A stretch of DNA of 64,000 bases, from contig NW_020847079.1 in NCBI RefSeq assembly GCF_003704095.1, positions 558,001-622,000 on the forward strand, in the 5' to 3' direction. Position numbers and translations under genes: made by a program. The stretch comes from Pocillopora damicornis. Lineage: Eukaryota. This document shows positions 49,679-61,600 of the stretch, piece after piece (the first letter of the stretch is position 1; every line of letters begins with the position of its first letter). A model generated the notes under the pieces. It was not told the origin of the DNA. It made no database searches and saw only the letters and a program-made list of their open reading frames with translations.

Positions 49679-52600
49679 CATTTAAAAAAAAATTACTCTT
49701 TGTTAGCATGTAGAGTGGTATGTTGCTTGCACCAGTCATATCACAGCATTCAGATATCGTGCACCAATCACAGCATTTGGGTATTGGTTTCTTTTAAATG
49801 ATGTCATGGAATCAGAGGGCTGTGCACAATGACATTAACCAAAAATTTGGGCTCATTTGATAAGCATTATGATTGGGGCCTTTGCAAGAGCCTTATCAAG
49901 TGAAGTCAAGATTTAACAAGATATGAAAGGTGTGCATTTATTTTTGAATCATTTTTAAGTTAAGGTGTGTTTTTCCACTCCTTTTCTCACAATGCACACA
50001 CCAAAAAACTTGCATGCGATTGCATACTATGAAAAAACATCCAAAGTCTTATCAGAACATAGCCAATCATTGCACTACTTGTCAACTTAAGGCAATTTTT
50101 CATGTGCTTAAATTGTACTCTGCCAATCAAATTCCATTTTGCCTTAGACTTCCCTTCATCACATGCAATTTCCTTGTAAACAACCTGCATTTTATGATGT
50201 ATTCTAAATGCATTATCCAACACCACTGAAAAATTTCATATCAAACTTTATACTACTGATAGTGAATTTTCCACACAATTCTCCTGGGTTTTGACTTTTT
50301 CTATGAACAAAATCAGCCTTTAGCTACCTTGGACTTTACCCAATCACATGACAATTCCTTGTAAACAACCTGCAAATTAACAACCAAACAAGTAACCTTC
50401 TTTGAAATATTATCCTTTTCTTCACTCATTTGAGATCACAATTAGTCTTTGCTTGGGTTCTGATTGAGATACAATAGAGTTTCAGTTTGTTTTTCGAGGT
50501 AAAATTATGTGGAAATATATTTCTTAGGCAACTAACTGTAGACAAATTATATTGATTTTCTCTCTGTTAGAGGAACAGTAGTAAATGTAGTCCCTTTCCA
50601 AACCGTTATTTGGTCTTGTCATGCGATGCTCTCTCTCTCTCTACAATGGGGAATAAATGGCATTGTGTAACAAGAACAAACAATAGCTGCAGAGACAACA
50701 GTACACATGGCACAGATGCATTTTATTTTTGCTTAGAAGTAGTTAGACAATAGAAACAACAGATCACAAAATATCTGGGTGAGTTCAGATAAATCAGGTT
50801 TTTTTTTTCTTTCTTGTAAGGTGGAGTACATGCAATACTTTTGTTCTTTTGAAAGTTATGCTCTTTTTCTGCTACAAAAGTGAAAACATTAGGTACACAG
50901 TGTCACATCTCAACCCACCCACCAAAAAAATAAATCTTACTTGCTATACGTTCTTTAAATGGTTTTAAATTGGTAACAACATAGAAGGAAATTCTATGTT
51001 CCTTTTTCAGTTATTTCACTGCTGAAAGGTATTTTTTGATTCAGCTGATTCACCCTATGTCTGATCTTAAGGAAAAAAGTTAAATTATTTCCTAAGGATT
51101 CTTGATGTTCTTATATGCACGATTAAATGCTTCTTGCTCTGAATGCACAGTTGGGAATGTGGGTACATGTACCTTGTTACATTACATTTTGCAACACTTT
51201 TATTCGTCAAATGTTGTAATGAAGTGAAAAACCATGAAATTAAGTGAACAGGAAATCACTGTGAACATAGCTTTACATGTGTGCAAAATTTATGTGAAAG
51301 AATGAGAGAAAGCAGGAATTTGTGTGACTTTACTTTAAAAGAACTATCTCTGTGTGTAAATCCATATCAAGACATTAACTTAAGACAAATAGCTTGTACA
51401 AGGCAAAACGATGTTAATAATTTTTTTGTGTAACAAATTTTCTATATCTCCAAAAAACTAAAATCTCTGGGCCCTGGTTGTTCAAAGGGAGGACATCACC
51501 AGTCGACAGATAAATTGCCATCCAGCAGATAAGTGTTAACAAAGCAAACAGAACTGTGCCATCCACCAGAAAGAAATAAAAAATGCCACCCACCAAACAA
51601 CTGGTGCATGGATGATAAATGCTTTTTAATTATCTCTTCCTCTATGTGTGTAAATGTTAGCTGTGCTTATAATAAGAATAATGTGAAATAGTTAAAAACA
51701 AATTTGTGATGTGGTGTCATGTCACATCTATTAAAGCCCCCTCTTCAATTTATCATATACTTCACTTTTATACATACTGTCTTACAGTTATATAGAGTCT
51801 AGTACATTCTCCTTGGGCAGTAATGAACTGAAATGACAGCACATTTTACATAAAGTTCAAAAAATCAGTCCTAAGAAATGTAACTAAGAGTGAAAGTTTA
51901 ACTGCTCTGTTGCCATCTCGTCTTGATCTTTCCATAAATGTTCACCGAGCACGAGTCAGTACTGTTGAACCGACAGTTGATTGTGAAAAGAAAAATGATA
52001 TCATGTATTGCCTGGGAGATGTATTGCCAGTAAACCGGTGACCATAATGAGATAACAGTATTTGAACAGTTATACGTTTCTGATATTTTCTACATCATTA
52101 AGCAGAATTTTTTTTTTTAATGTTCTGCAAGATGGTTGCTAATTGTGTACAGTATTCTGTTACACATTAATTTGGTCCTTCAACATTTCTTGAACTCTGA
52201 AGACCTGCCATGAAGAAATATGTATAGCATTTTGAAAGGCAAAGCCACAGGAGCACAGAAAATCCAAATATAATAACAAAGGGAAGAAATACTATCCACA
52301 AGATGACGATAAGAATAGCACAAGGGATAGATTTTCCTTTTGGGGAGTACCACATGTCTGGTCCACATATTCCTTTTGATTCTTCCTTGGCATCTTCATC
52401 TTTAAAATCTTCTTGTCTCTGAGTGAAAGGCAAAAGAATATGGAATATTAATGTAAGTTTCTTTTTTTCATTGGACATGTGGTAGGATAATGGTTGGTGT
52501 TTGTGACTCCTGACTTGAGAGGTTTAGATTTTGGCCTTGCGTACATCATCCAAAACACCCTGTGCTGTCAGAGCCTCTCCATCTTGAAATGTAAATGGGA

Positions 52601-55600
52601 GCAATAAACTTCATGGGCAGTCCAAACATTTTTTTTTTTGGAGGGGGGGGGGGGGGTGTTACATGTGATAAACTAGCATCCTATTCCGGGGGAATAGCAG
52701 TATTGAACATCTGTAGTCCTTTAAAACTACAGAAACTAGGATGAGTCAATTAGCTTCTACACAGAATTTCCCTTGGTTTCCCTAACTATATACTTTATGC
52801 ATAAGTGCCCTCAAGGCATAAATATCAAGTTCACTTCAAACACTTGTGGAGTAAGTTTATTTATAATTTGAGGCATACAGACCTGCTGAGTAGGTTTTAC
52901 TGCCCTGTCAAATTTTGTAACGTTATGCCTAGTTTATCTCATATGAGTCGAAAAATGAGTCACAAATGGTCATACATTTGAAAGCAGGCTAAACTGCAGA
53001 ATACTCTGCCACTCAATTGCATGTTATTGATTAAGAAAAGCGTCTACTGTGTTATGCCATGTTCTTCAAAGCCTCCCAACACATGTAATCACACACATAA
53101 ATATCAAGTTCACTTCAAACACTTGTGGAGCAAGTTTATTTATAATTTGAGGCATGCAGACCTGCTGAGTAGGTTTTACTGCCCTGTCAAATTTTGTAAC
53201 GTTATGCCTAGTTTATCTCATATGAGTCGAAAAATGAGTCACAAATGGTCATAAATTTGAAAGCAGGCTAAACTGCAGAATACTCTGCCACTCAATTGCA
53301 TGTTATTGATTAAGAAAAGCGTCTACTGTGTTATGCCTTGTCCTTCAAAGCCTCCCAACACATGTAAATGAGGTGGACCAAAGTGACAGGGTATTCTGTC
53401 TTTGCTCGAAGCAGTGATTCTCTTTCGGTGGAAAACGGAAAACTTAACGAAAAAGCTAAAAGGTTGAGTCTATTCCTTGGCCCACAGTCCATTCCAGTTG
53501 TATACATCTCGAAAGAGAGGCTAAGTCGCTGAGGATTAACAACAACCCGCGCCCGAAAATGCCCTCGATCGAAATGTTTCGAAGTAATTACGAGTTGCCA
53601 TTTTTATATCATTCGAGAGGCTTTACGGGAAATGTTGAATTGTCTCCGTGAACACTGTAGATATTCCACCGCATGAACACAACTTGCGTGACATGGATTG
53701 ATTTCGTTGCCATTTTGATCCGAACAAGTAAAGGCGACGGGAATTCGCTGAAAGCTGATTCAAGGTGTATGCTTCTATGCAAACAAGAGGTATTTTAACA
53801 CGATCGGTTGCGAGAAAATCGACTGAAACCGTGATAAAACCGTGCAGTTACGAAAGATTCTGAACTCATCGTAGTGGAAAGTACATTGTTGATCGATTGT
53901 GCATTGTCGGTGTGTCTGATCACAATATTCACAGCTTTATGTCCTATTTCAGGCATTCGTTTTAAATGAAAATTGATAAAATTGACTGACTGAATCAGCG
54001 AAAGGCAACTAACTAGTAAGAACGATACAACTGTCGATGAAAGAGAACTTTGAAAATCCCAGTCGTAGGTGTGGTGATAGCGACCTTCAAAATAATTACG
54101 GAAACCCAGCTTGCATTTTCGTCTGCAGAATTATTTTGTTTGTCGTCCACTTTCACTTACTTCAGCATCAGAGGTGGTAGCCATGCTTGTGGAGAGAAAC
54201 CAGCTAAAAACTCAAAGCGTCGGCTAGGCGGTTTTCAAGACCTGTTCTCGTACGAACTTGTTTCATAAAAAGGTCATGTAGATTTCGATCTTCTAAAGCT
54301 CTCGTCATATCTAAAAATACGCATTGTGATTGGTCGAAACGTGAAACCCTGATGTAAGCGTGAAAAATACTGAAAAACGTTCAGTGTGGTTTGAAGAAGC
54401 AAAATATGCCAAACAGAAAGAGGATAAAGAAAATAAATTATTTTAAATTTGAAAAACTGCAAGGCTCGTTGTTGTTCTTTATTTAAAAAAAATGCTATCT
54501 TTGCCATTTTTCACCAGTCTGTTCTTCAAGTCATCTCCCCTTAGCAAGGCCATGGCACAGGCTAAATGAAATTCACACTTTCATTTTACTACTTTGTAAA
54601 GAATTATAACTTCTGTCAATAATTACAGTTAGTATGTTTGAAAATTATTTTCGAATTGATCTTGCACAAGAATCTTTGGAAGCTCAGTGAAATCAACCTT
54701 GCTCTTCTACTTAACAATACAGTGCTATGAAGGTTATATTAAAGTTAAAGTAAACACTTATGGTTAGTGAAAGTTTTTTTCCAGGGTTGAAAAAATACCT
54801 TTAAATTATTTGTCAAAGACTTAGATTATAAACTTTCTAGTTTATTTCTTGCTGGTAAAAATATTCACAAATACTTTTGATGAAATTGGGCGGATGCTGT
54901 TTACCTTAAAGAATAAAATGCATTGTAGAAAATTTTGATTAGAGACTGTACGCTTTTTGACTTGAAGTTAATGAATAAAATTCCCATTTTACACACAAGA
55001 CATGCATTCCCAGGTTTTGTATTATGCAAATTGCATGTGTGATATACAAAAATCCTGTTGAAAAGATTCTGCACAAACAACTCAAAGACAAAATGACTTG
55101 CAAGCAAAAGGACAGTTTACTGTAGAGTATTACATACCATATAGAGAATATGCATACTAATGTTAGGTTGTACAGGGATTAGCCACTTCCCCAAACTGAT
55201 TGTTTTGTTAAAAATGGTTTTATGTTTTTGCAGGGTTTGTTGAGAGGTTGCGACCTTGCTGGAGTCGTTTGGGAAGTGACTGGGTGTTTCTTCTGGTCCT
55301 TGGAATTGTCATGGCACTAATAAGCTTTGTGTTGGACTTAGCCATTGATAAGTGCCAGACAGGTGTGTTGAGATACATTAATTTTTATCTTTTGTGTATT
55401 TTGTGTATTTTGTTTTTTTTTTTGTTTTGGCTCTCTAGACAGCAGGTTTTTAAAACAGGGGTTATGTAGTGTTGTATCTTTAAGGATGCGTCCATCATGG
55501 GAAAAGATTGCCACAATTGCATGACTGTATGTGAACTGTGAATATTAATGTTGTGAAATGTATGTAAGTGATGTGATTATTGATTAACATGTGTTGTAAG

Positions 55601-58600
55601 TTGTGAGCAAATAACCGAACTATTGATAGACTTAACAGGTTAGAGAGCTGAGCAGTGAGTGGATATAGATGAAAAGTCAGAGCCAGTAATAAAGATTAAG
55701 GTGTAAGAGTGCTAGGTGAGAAAAGAGGGTGAGGGATAAGCTGGTTGAGCTGGAGTTAATAGGCTTGGGATAAGGGCTGGAGATAGCAGATGAAGGGGTA
55801 GGTATCAGTGATGGTGCTGCAGTGTGAGGGATAGGGATTAGGGATAGGATTAAAGAGTGAGACCTAGGGTGAGAGATAGCAGAAGAGGTGGGAAGGTGAC
55901 AGGGCAGGTTGAAGTGCTGTAGGTGAGAGGTAAGAGATGAGATGTAGAGGTAAAGGTTGAGGGCCAGCAAAGTGATTCCAGGGGCACAAGGTTGGAATAA
56001 GTGAGAAATGAGAGGAGAAGGGTAGAGATAAAGGATAGTGTTAAAGAGGTTGGTCTTCAGAGTAGAGATAAGATGGGAGACTGGGTATGACCACAAATAA
56101 ATGAAGCAAAAGGGTCCATAGATTTACTTACATGCTCCCTTTCTTCATGGTCTGTAAATGTCTCTGAAATCTTATGGTAGTATATTGTAATTATGAAGCA
56201 ATATTCATTCATTTGATGCTCTAACTTTTCAGCTCATATTTGGCTTTACAATTTACCAAACAACACCTTCCTTCAGTATATTGTGTGGACATCTTTTCCA
56301 CTATGCCTTGTTACCTTTTCTGTCGGATTTACTCATCTAGTTTCTCCTCATGCCATAGGTATGTTCTTAAACTCTGTAAACCAATCATACTAGTTAACTT
56401 AGTTGTACTTAAATATGTAACTTGAAGTGATTTTCAACTTAGATATATATGTAGTCAATTTGTTTATAATTAACATTAAGGGCTGGTTGTTATAGCAAAG
56501 TTTAACCCCTATTAATCCAAACTTTACTCTAAAGAATCTTAGATCAAGCAGAAAAGATCGCTCAAACATTTTTTTCTGGAACTGTCAAAAGGGAATCTAT
56601 AAAAGAAATGTCTAATTACTTCAAAAACCCCACCTATGAGGAACTTTTGTAGTCCATTGATTGGCAAAAACCACAGCCTAAATTAGACCTTGTTTTAATA
56701 ACTGTGTGAACATGTTTGAGCTGTGAAATGATTGGCATTCTCCAAAGTGCATTTTCAAGAGTAAGTGTTATTTGACTTGCTTTTGATTGAAAATTTTGTT
56801 ATTGTTTTAGTTCATTCACTGTATACTTGCCTAACCAAACCACAGCTTTGTTTAAGCTACACACTTTCAGGCAAAAGTTAATTTTTCAAGCTTAACTTCA
56901 GTGGGTCATGTGTTCCCTGCCAAGGAATCTGAACACTTACACATGTAATATACCATAATATGTTTATCAAATAAATCATAATTTGACTGTAGATCAATTT
57001 GATTCATTGCGGAATGTCAATACAGTAACTATAAAATTAGTATTAATAGTTAATAAAGTATAGTTATTTATCAACTCTTGATTTTTTGGCAGAAACATTT
57101 ATTTATCAATTTTTTTATACCCTTGTATCTCTGTAGGTTCAGGCATTCCTGAGATGAAGGTTATTTTAAGGGGAACAGTTTTGAAACGTTACTTGTCACT
57201 AAGAACATTGATTGCAAAAGTGGTATGTTAATGGACAGGTTTACTTTGATATTTTATAACCTGATAGTTTGATGTCTATTTGTCACTTTTGTTTATTTCT
57301 GTCAGGACTATTGTATACGTAAAAGGGCCTTGTAAAACTTTTCAGAAGGCCATTTGTGTGTACCCTTCAAAACTATCCAATAGAGCTGAAAGAGATTAAT
57401 CCTAATTGAACCCTAAGATTGATTAGCATCTAATTTCCTATTTCATTACTTCAGCCATGAATCACACATTAAGGTCAGGAGAAGGAAGGAAATGGTCACA
57501 AACTGAGGAAGCTCTTGATTAAAAAACAAATTCTCCCTGTCAGCATCTTGAGGAATGTATAGAGAACAGTATATATTATTATGTAGAATATGCTGACTGA
57601 TTTTAGGGTGTATTTAAGGGTTAAAATACATCACAACATAGTATTGATTCTGAACTAATTAACAAAAATCTGGGAAAAAAGAAATTTTTTAAAATAGCTG
57701 GCAGATTAAAATTTTATAATGAAGCTAGGCTTATTTATTAAAATCATGCAAGCTGGAATGTAGCTTCTTTAGGACTAGTTATCATGCTTAAGAAGATAGT
57801 TGTGAATAGTTGCTATTTCTCCTTGTCACAACTAATGTCACATGACCTGGTGCGCATGATTCAGAATAATACACTTTCATTTGTCTCTTGTCTTGTATAG
57901 GTTGGTCTTCTTACTGCTCTTGGAAGTAGTATTCCCATTGGAAAAGAAGTAAGTGTTGGTTTTCTGTGATGAGCTGAAGGAAGGGAGAGATAAGAAATTG
58001 ATTTCTTGTCTGGTTGTGGAGCTTGTTGCTTAAAAATGTTTGCTTTTCACTTTTTTATCAACAGGGTCCTTTTGTACACATAGCAAGTATGGTGGCACGA
58101 TCTATGGGAAAATTTGTGGCATCATTTAAAGGCATATACACGGTAAGGTTTTTGTTTTCCCTAGTATTGGCCAGAAGGCAATATTTCAATGCTGAAAGTG
58201 TGGTTTATTGAAGGAAAATGGTGTTACTTAATTTGTAGAATGAGTCCAGAAATACAGAGATGTTAGCGGCAGCTTGTGCTGTTGGTGTTTCAAGCTGTTT
58301 TGGTTCTCCCATTGGAGGTACACATTGACTACTTATTCATGCATTGTTTAATATATAGCACCAGTTTTGTCTTAAATCTCTTCTCTTGCATGTACTGGGT
58401 TGCATTTAAGGGTTTCTGCAGCTGTGTCTAATAATGGTTGCAGTGTGACTGGAAAATATTTTGTCCATTTTTTAAAGTGAACAGGAACATTTTGTTGCAT
58501 TCTCCTTGTGAGATGTTGTTTTCAAATATATCTACTGTAGCATCCATAGGGCCTGAATCACCCATTTTACCCAATGTGTGGTTTTATTCTGTCAAAAAAT

Positions 58601-61600
58601 TAAAAAACCTGGTAGTGAAGTTTCTCAATGGATAACTGTTAATTGTATTTCTGGTTAGTTTTCTTTGAATTAAATTTTGCTCTTTCTTTCTAGGGGTACT
58701 ATTCAGTATTGAGGTTACTGCTACTTACTTTGCTGTTCGAAATTATTGGCGTGGTTTTTTTGCTGCTGTCTGTGGAGCTCTTATGTTCCGTCTACTAGCT
58801 GTATTTGATAAAGAAGAAGGTATGACCATTTTGAGGAACCACATACAAGTTGCTGTTGATAGAAACAACTTCTTTTTGCCTTGAACACCTGAACACATTA
58901 AAACTCTGACCTCTTTCTTCACTAGAAACTGTCACTGCTCTCTTCAAGACTAATTTTAGGCTGGACTTTCCATTTGATGTGGAAGAGTTCATTGCATTTG
59001 CATCAATAGGGTAAGAACATCAGTTAATATGTAATTTTATATCTTTTTTCTTACCACATTTTATAGTCATCTGTGATTTATTACTGAACAGATATACTGC
59101 AACACATAATCTATTCATTGATTTAACATTGTAACAAAGCTGCAAAAACTTTTCCTTTTTAGGTTGTTTTGTGGCTTTGGAGGAGCTTTGTTTGTCTTCA
59201 CACACAGAAAACTTGTCGACCTTCACAGAACTCACAAACACACCAAGGTGGCAAAATTTCTTGCTAGAAAGTAAGTTTTCTATCTGCATGTCTTGAGTAT
59301 TTTAGTGTGGATAGCTCTTTCTCTCCCAATATCTAACCTTTTGCACCCTTAAATCATTATGGATTGCATAGTCTCCATACCATTCTCCATACATTTCCTA
59401 AGATGCTGACAAGGAGAATTTGTCCAATGATCAACAGCTCTTCAGTTGGTGATTATTTTGACCGCTATCCTTGTGATCTTAATGATTGATTCAGGGGTGA
59501 TATTGTTAAGAAAAATTTAGATGCTTGTCACTCTAAGGTGTCAAAGGATTGGACATCAATTCTCCTCTCTGCATCAGGTATTAAAATCAAACAATGTCCT
59601 CATGTTCATATTTTTTGTTATTTCTCATCACTTTTCTACTTCAAAATGTATTAATATTGAATAGGAAAATTTAACTTTTGTTCAGCCTTGGGATGGAAGA
59701 ATTGTGGTACTAATTGATGATCACCATCACTCTGATGTTGAATTTTTAAGAAGTTTGATTGGTGTTATAAATTAATTACATTAAATATATTTGCTAACTC
59801 AAGATATTCCAGAACTTGTCAAAGATTGCTATCAAATATCTTTTAGTTACACTTGAATTTGTTGCTTGTTGAGGAAATGATTAAAATGCCATTTAAGAGA
59901 GGGATCACTTCTTGTTTCTGTGGTATGGGTGGCATTTTTTTCATTTTCATGACAAATCCTTAAATTGGCCTTACATTTTGCTGAAAATCTCTTCACATTA
60001 AAAAATGTGGTTCAACTAGATCAAGATTTTGAAATAAAAAGAAGAAGTGTTAACCTTTTACTAGAAAGTTAAGTCACAATTTACATCACTTACAAGCCTC
60101 CAGCTAAAGTAAAAGCTACCATTTATTTTAAGTGTGCATTCTAACCAGGTATGAAGATTGTGTGCAGCAGAAATAGGCTATAACAATAAAGGGAATTACC
60201 TACAGAAATTAAGAGATACCAAAGCAGATATTTGATATACAATATTTTTGTTGCAGCCGCTTTGTATATCCAGCAGTTGTTGTCTTTATCATTGCAACAA
60301 TCACTTTTCCCAAAGGACTTGGACAATTCATGGCTGGAGAGGTGGAGCTAGTGTATTTAAATTGGTAATAGGATGGAGTGGAGTCCAATTCAGTCTGTAA
60401 TCATACAGGTGGTTGACAAAATCAGATGACCGCAAAGTGGGAATCCAATTAGTTAATCACACTGACAATAGTATGATTAGAGACAAAATTGGATGACATG
60501 AAGTCCTGTTACCACTTAATCAAGACTATGACAAAATTTGAGAAAGAAACTAGACATCGGTAAATATATGTTTTCATAAAAAAACCAACAATTAACTTAG
60601 CAAAATGCAAGACAACAGCCTCTGCACATGACGCATTCTGTCCACTTATACAGACATGATAATTACTGCAAGCATGATGTGTGCACTGTCTTATTACTGT
60701 TCAAATTGTGCTTGTGATGACTAATTTAGTTCAAGAATTTTGTCACAGTTTTGATCAAGTATTAAATCGACATGTTGTTGTGCAAAGTATTTTTTGGTCA
60801 AGACTCTTTCAAACAAAGTTGAGTTTCATATTTGTCCAGTGTTTTTTATTGTAATCAGAAACAATGTTAAATACAGGAAAAGCAAACTGTTCTGAAATCT
60901 CATTGCTATCAACTTCAGTAATGCAAAATATGCTTTAGGTATTTGAGGTTGTCAACAAGCTAGATGTCAGGCAATAAGGCCTTCCTCAATGCTGGATATC
61001 TGTATGTACAGGGACTTTAAAGGTTTGCAAAACACTGACTTAAATTGTTGTTCTCTTGATAGCTGACTCAAAAGCAAGCAATAGATGAACTCTTCATAAA
61101 CATCACATGGTCTGAAGCACGAGATTCTGATGATCAAGCTAGTCTAAATGTCTTAAAGCACTGGGATGGAGCCAACACTAATATCTATGTCACCTTGGTT
61201 ATATTTATTGTCCTGAAGGTATGTGTAATTGTTAGGAAAGAGTTGTCATGTGAAGTTGTTGGGTATCAAAAAATATGTTTTTTTATCGCAGCTCTCATGG
61301 GATTCTTTTTTTTAATTGTCAAAAATTCACAATACAAATTTTTGTCCCTTGGTTTTGAAATTCAAAAGAAGGCTGATTTTTTTAGCAGCAATGTCTCATG
61401 TATTGTGAAACTTAAGAAACTAGAATACTTGGATTTGATTCTGACAGATCAATTGTTTACTGAGTAATCAAGATAAAGTTCAGAACATGAGGACAAACTT
61501 CAAAAACCACACATTTATTACCATAATGATTGCTGGTTGCACTTCAGTTTTCTGATGCGTGATGGGCTTTTCCCTTAGAGCACAATAACATTCCATATTA

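Noticed and set aside
53446-53713. Candidate first coding exon for the nested membrane protein
   Set aside because: The ATGs in good context meet stops quickly and no convincing phase-matched donor was found, so it is left unresolved.
55677-56096. 139 aa Ser/Pro/Leu-rich minus-strand ORF
   Set aside because: It is a by-product of the purine-rich low-complexity tract, with no domain or splice support.
60362-60760. Possible dispersed DNA-transposon fragment in a ClC intron (also 28188-28440, 38545-38805, 46147-47020 and 51468-51605)
   Set aside because: They look repeat-like, but no second copy or clear paired termini could be verified within this window.
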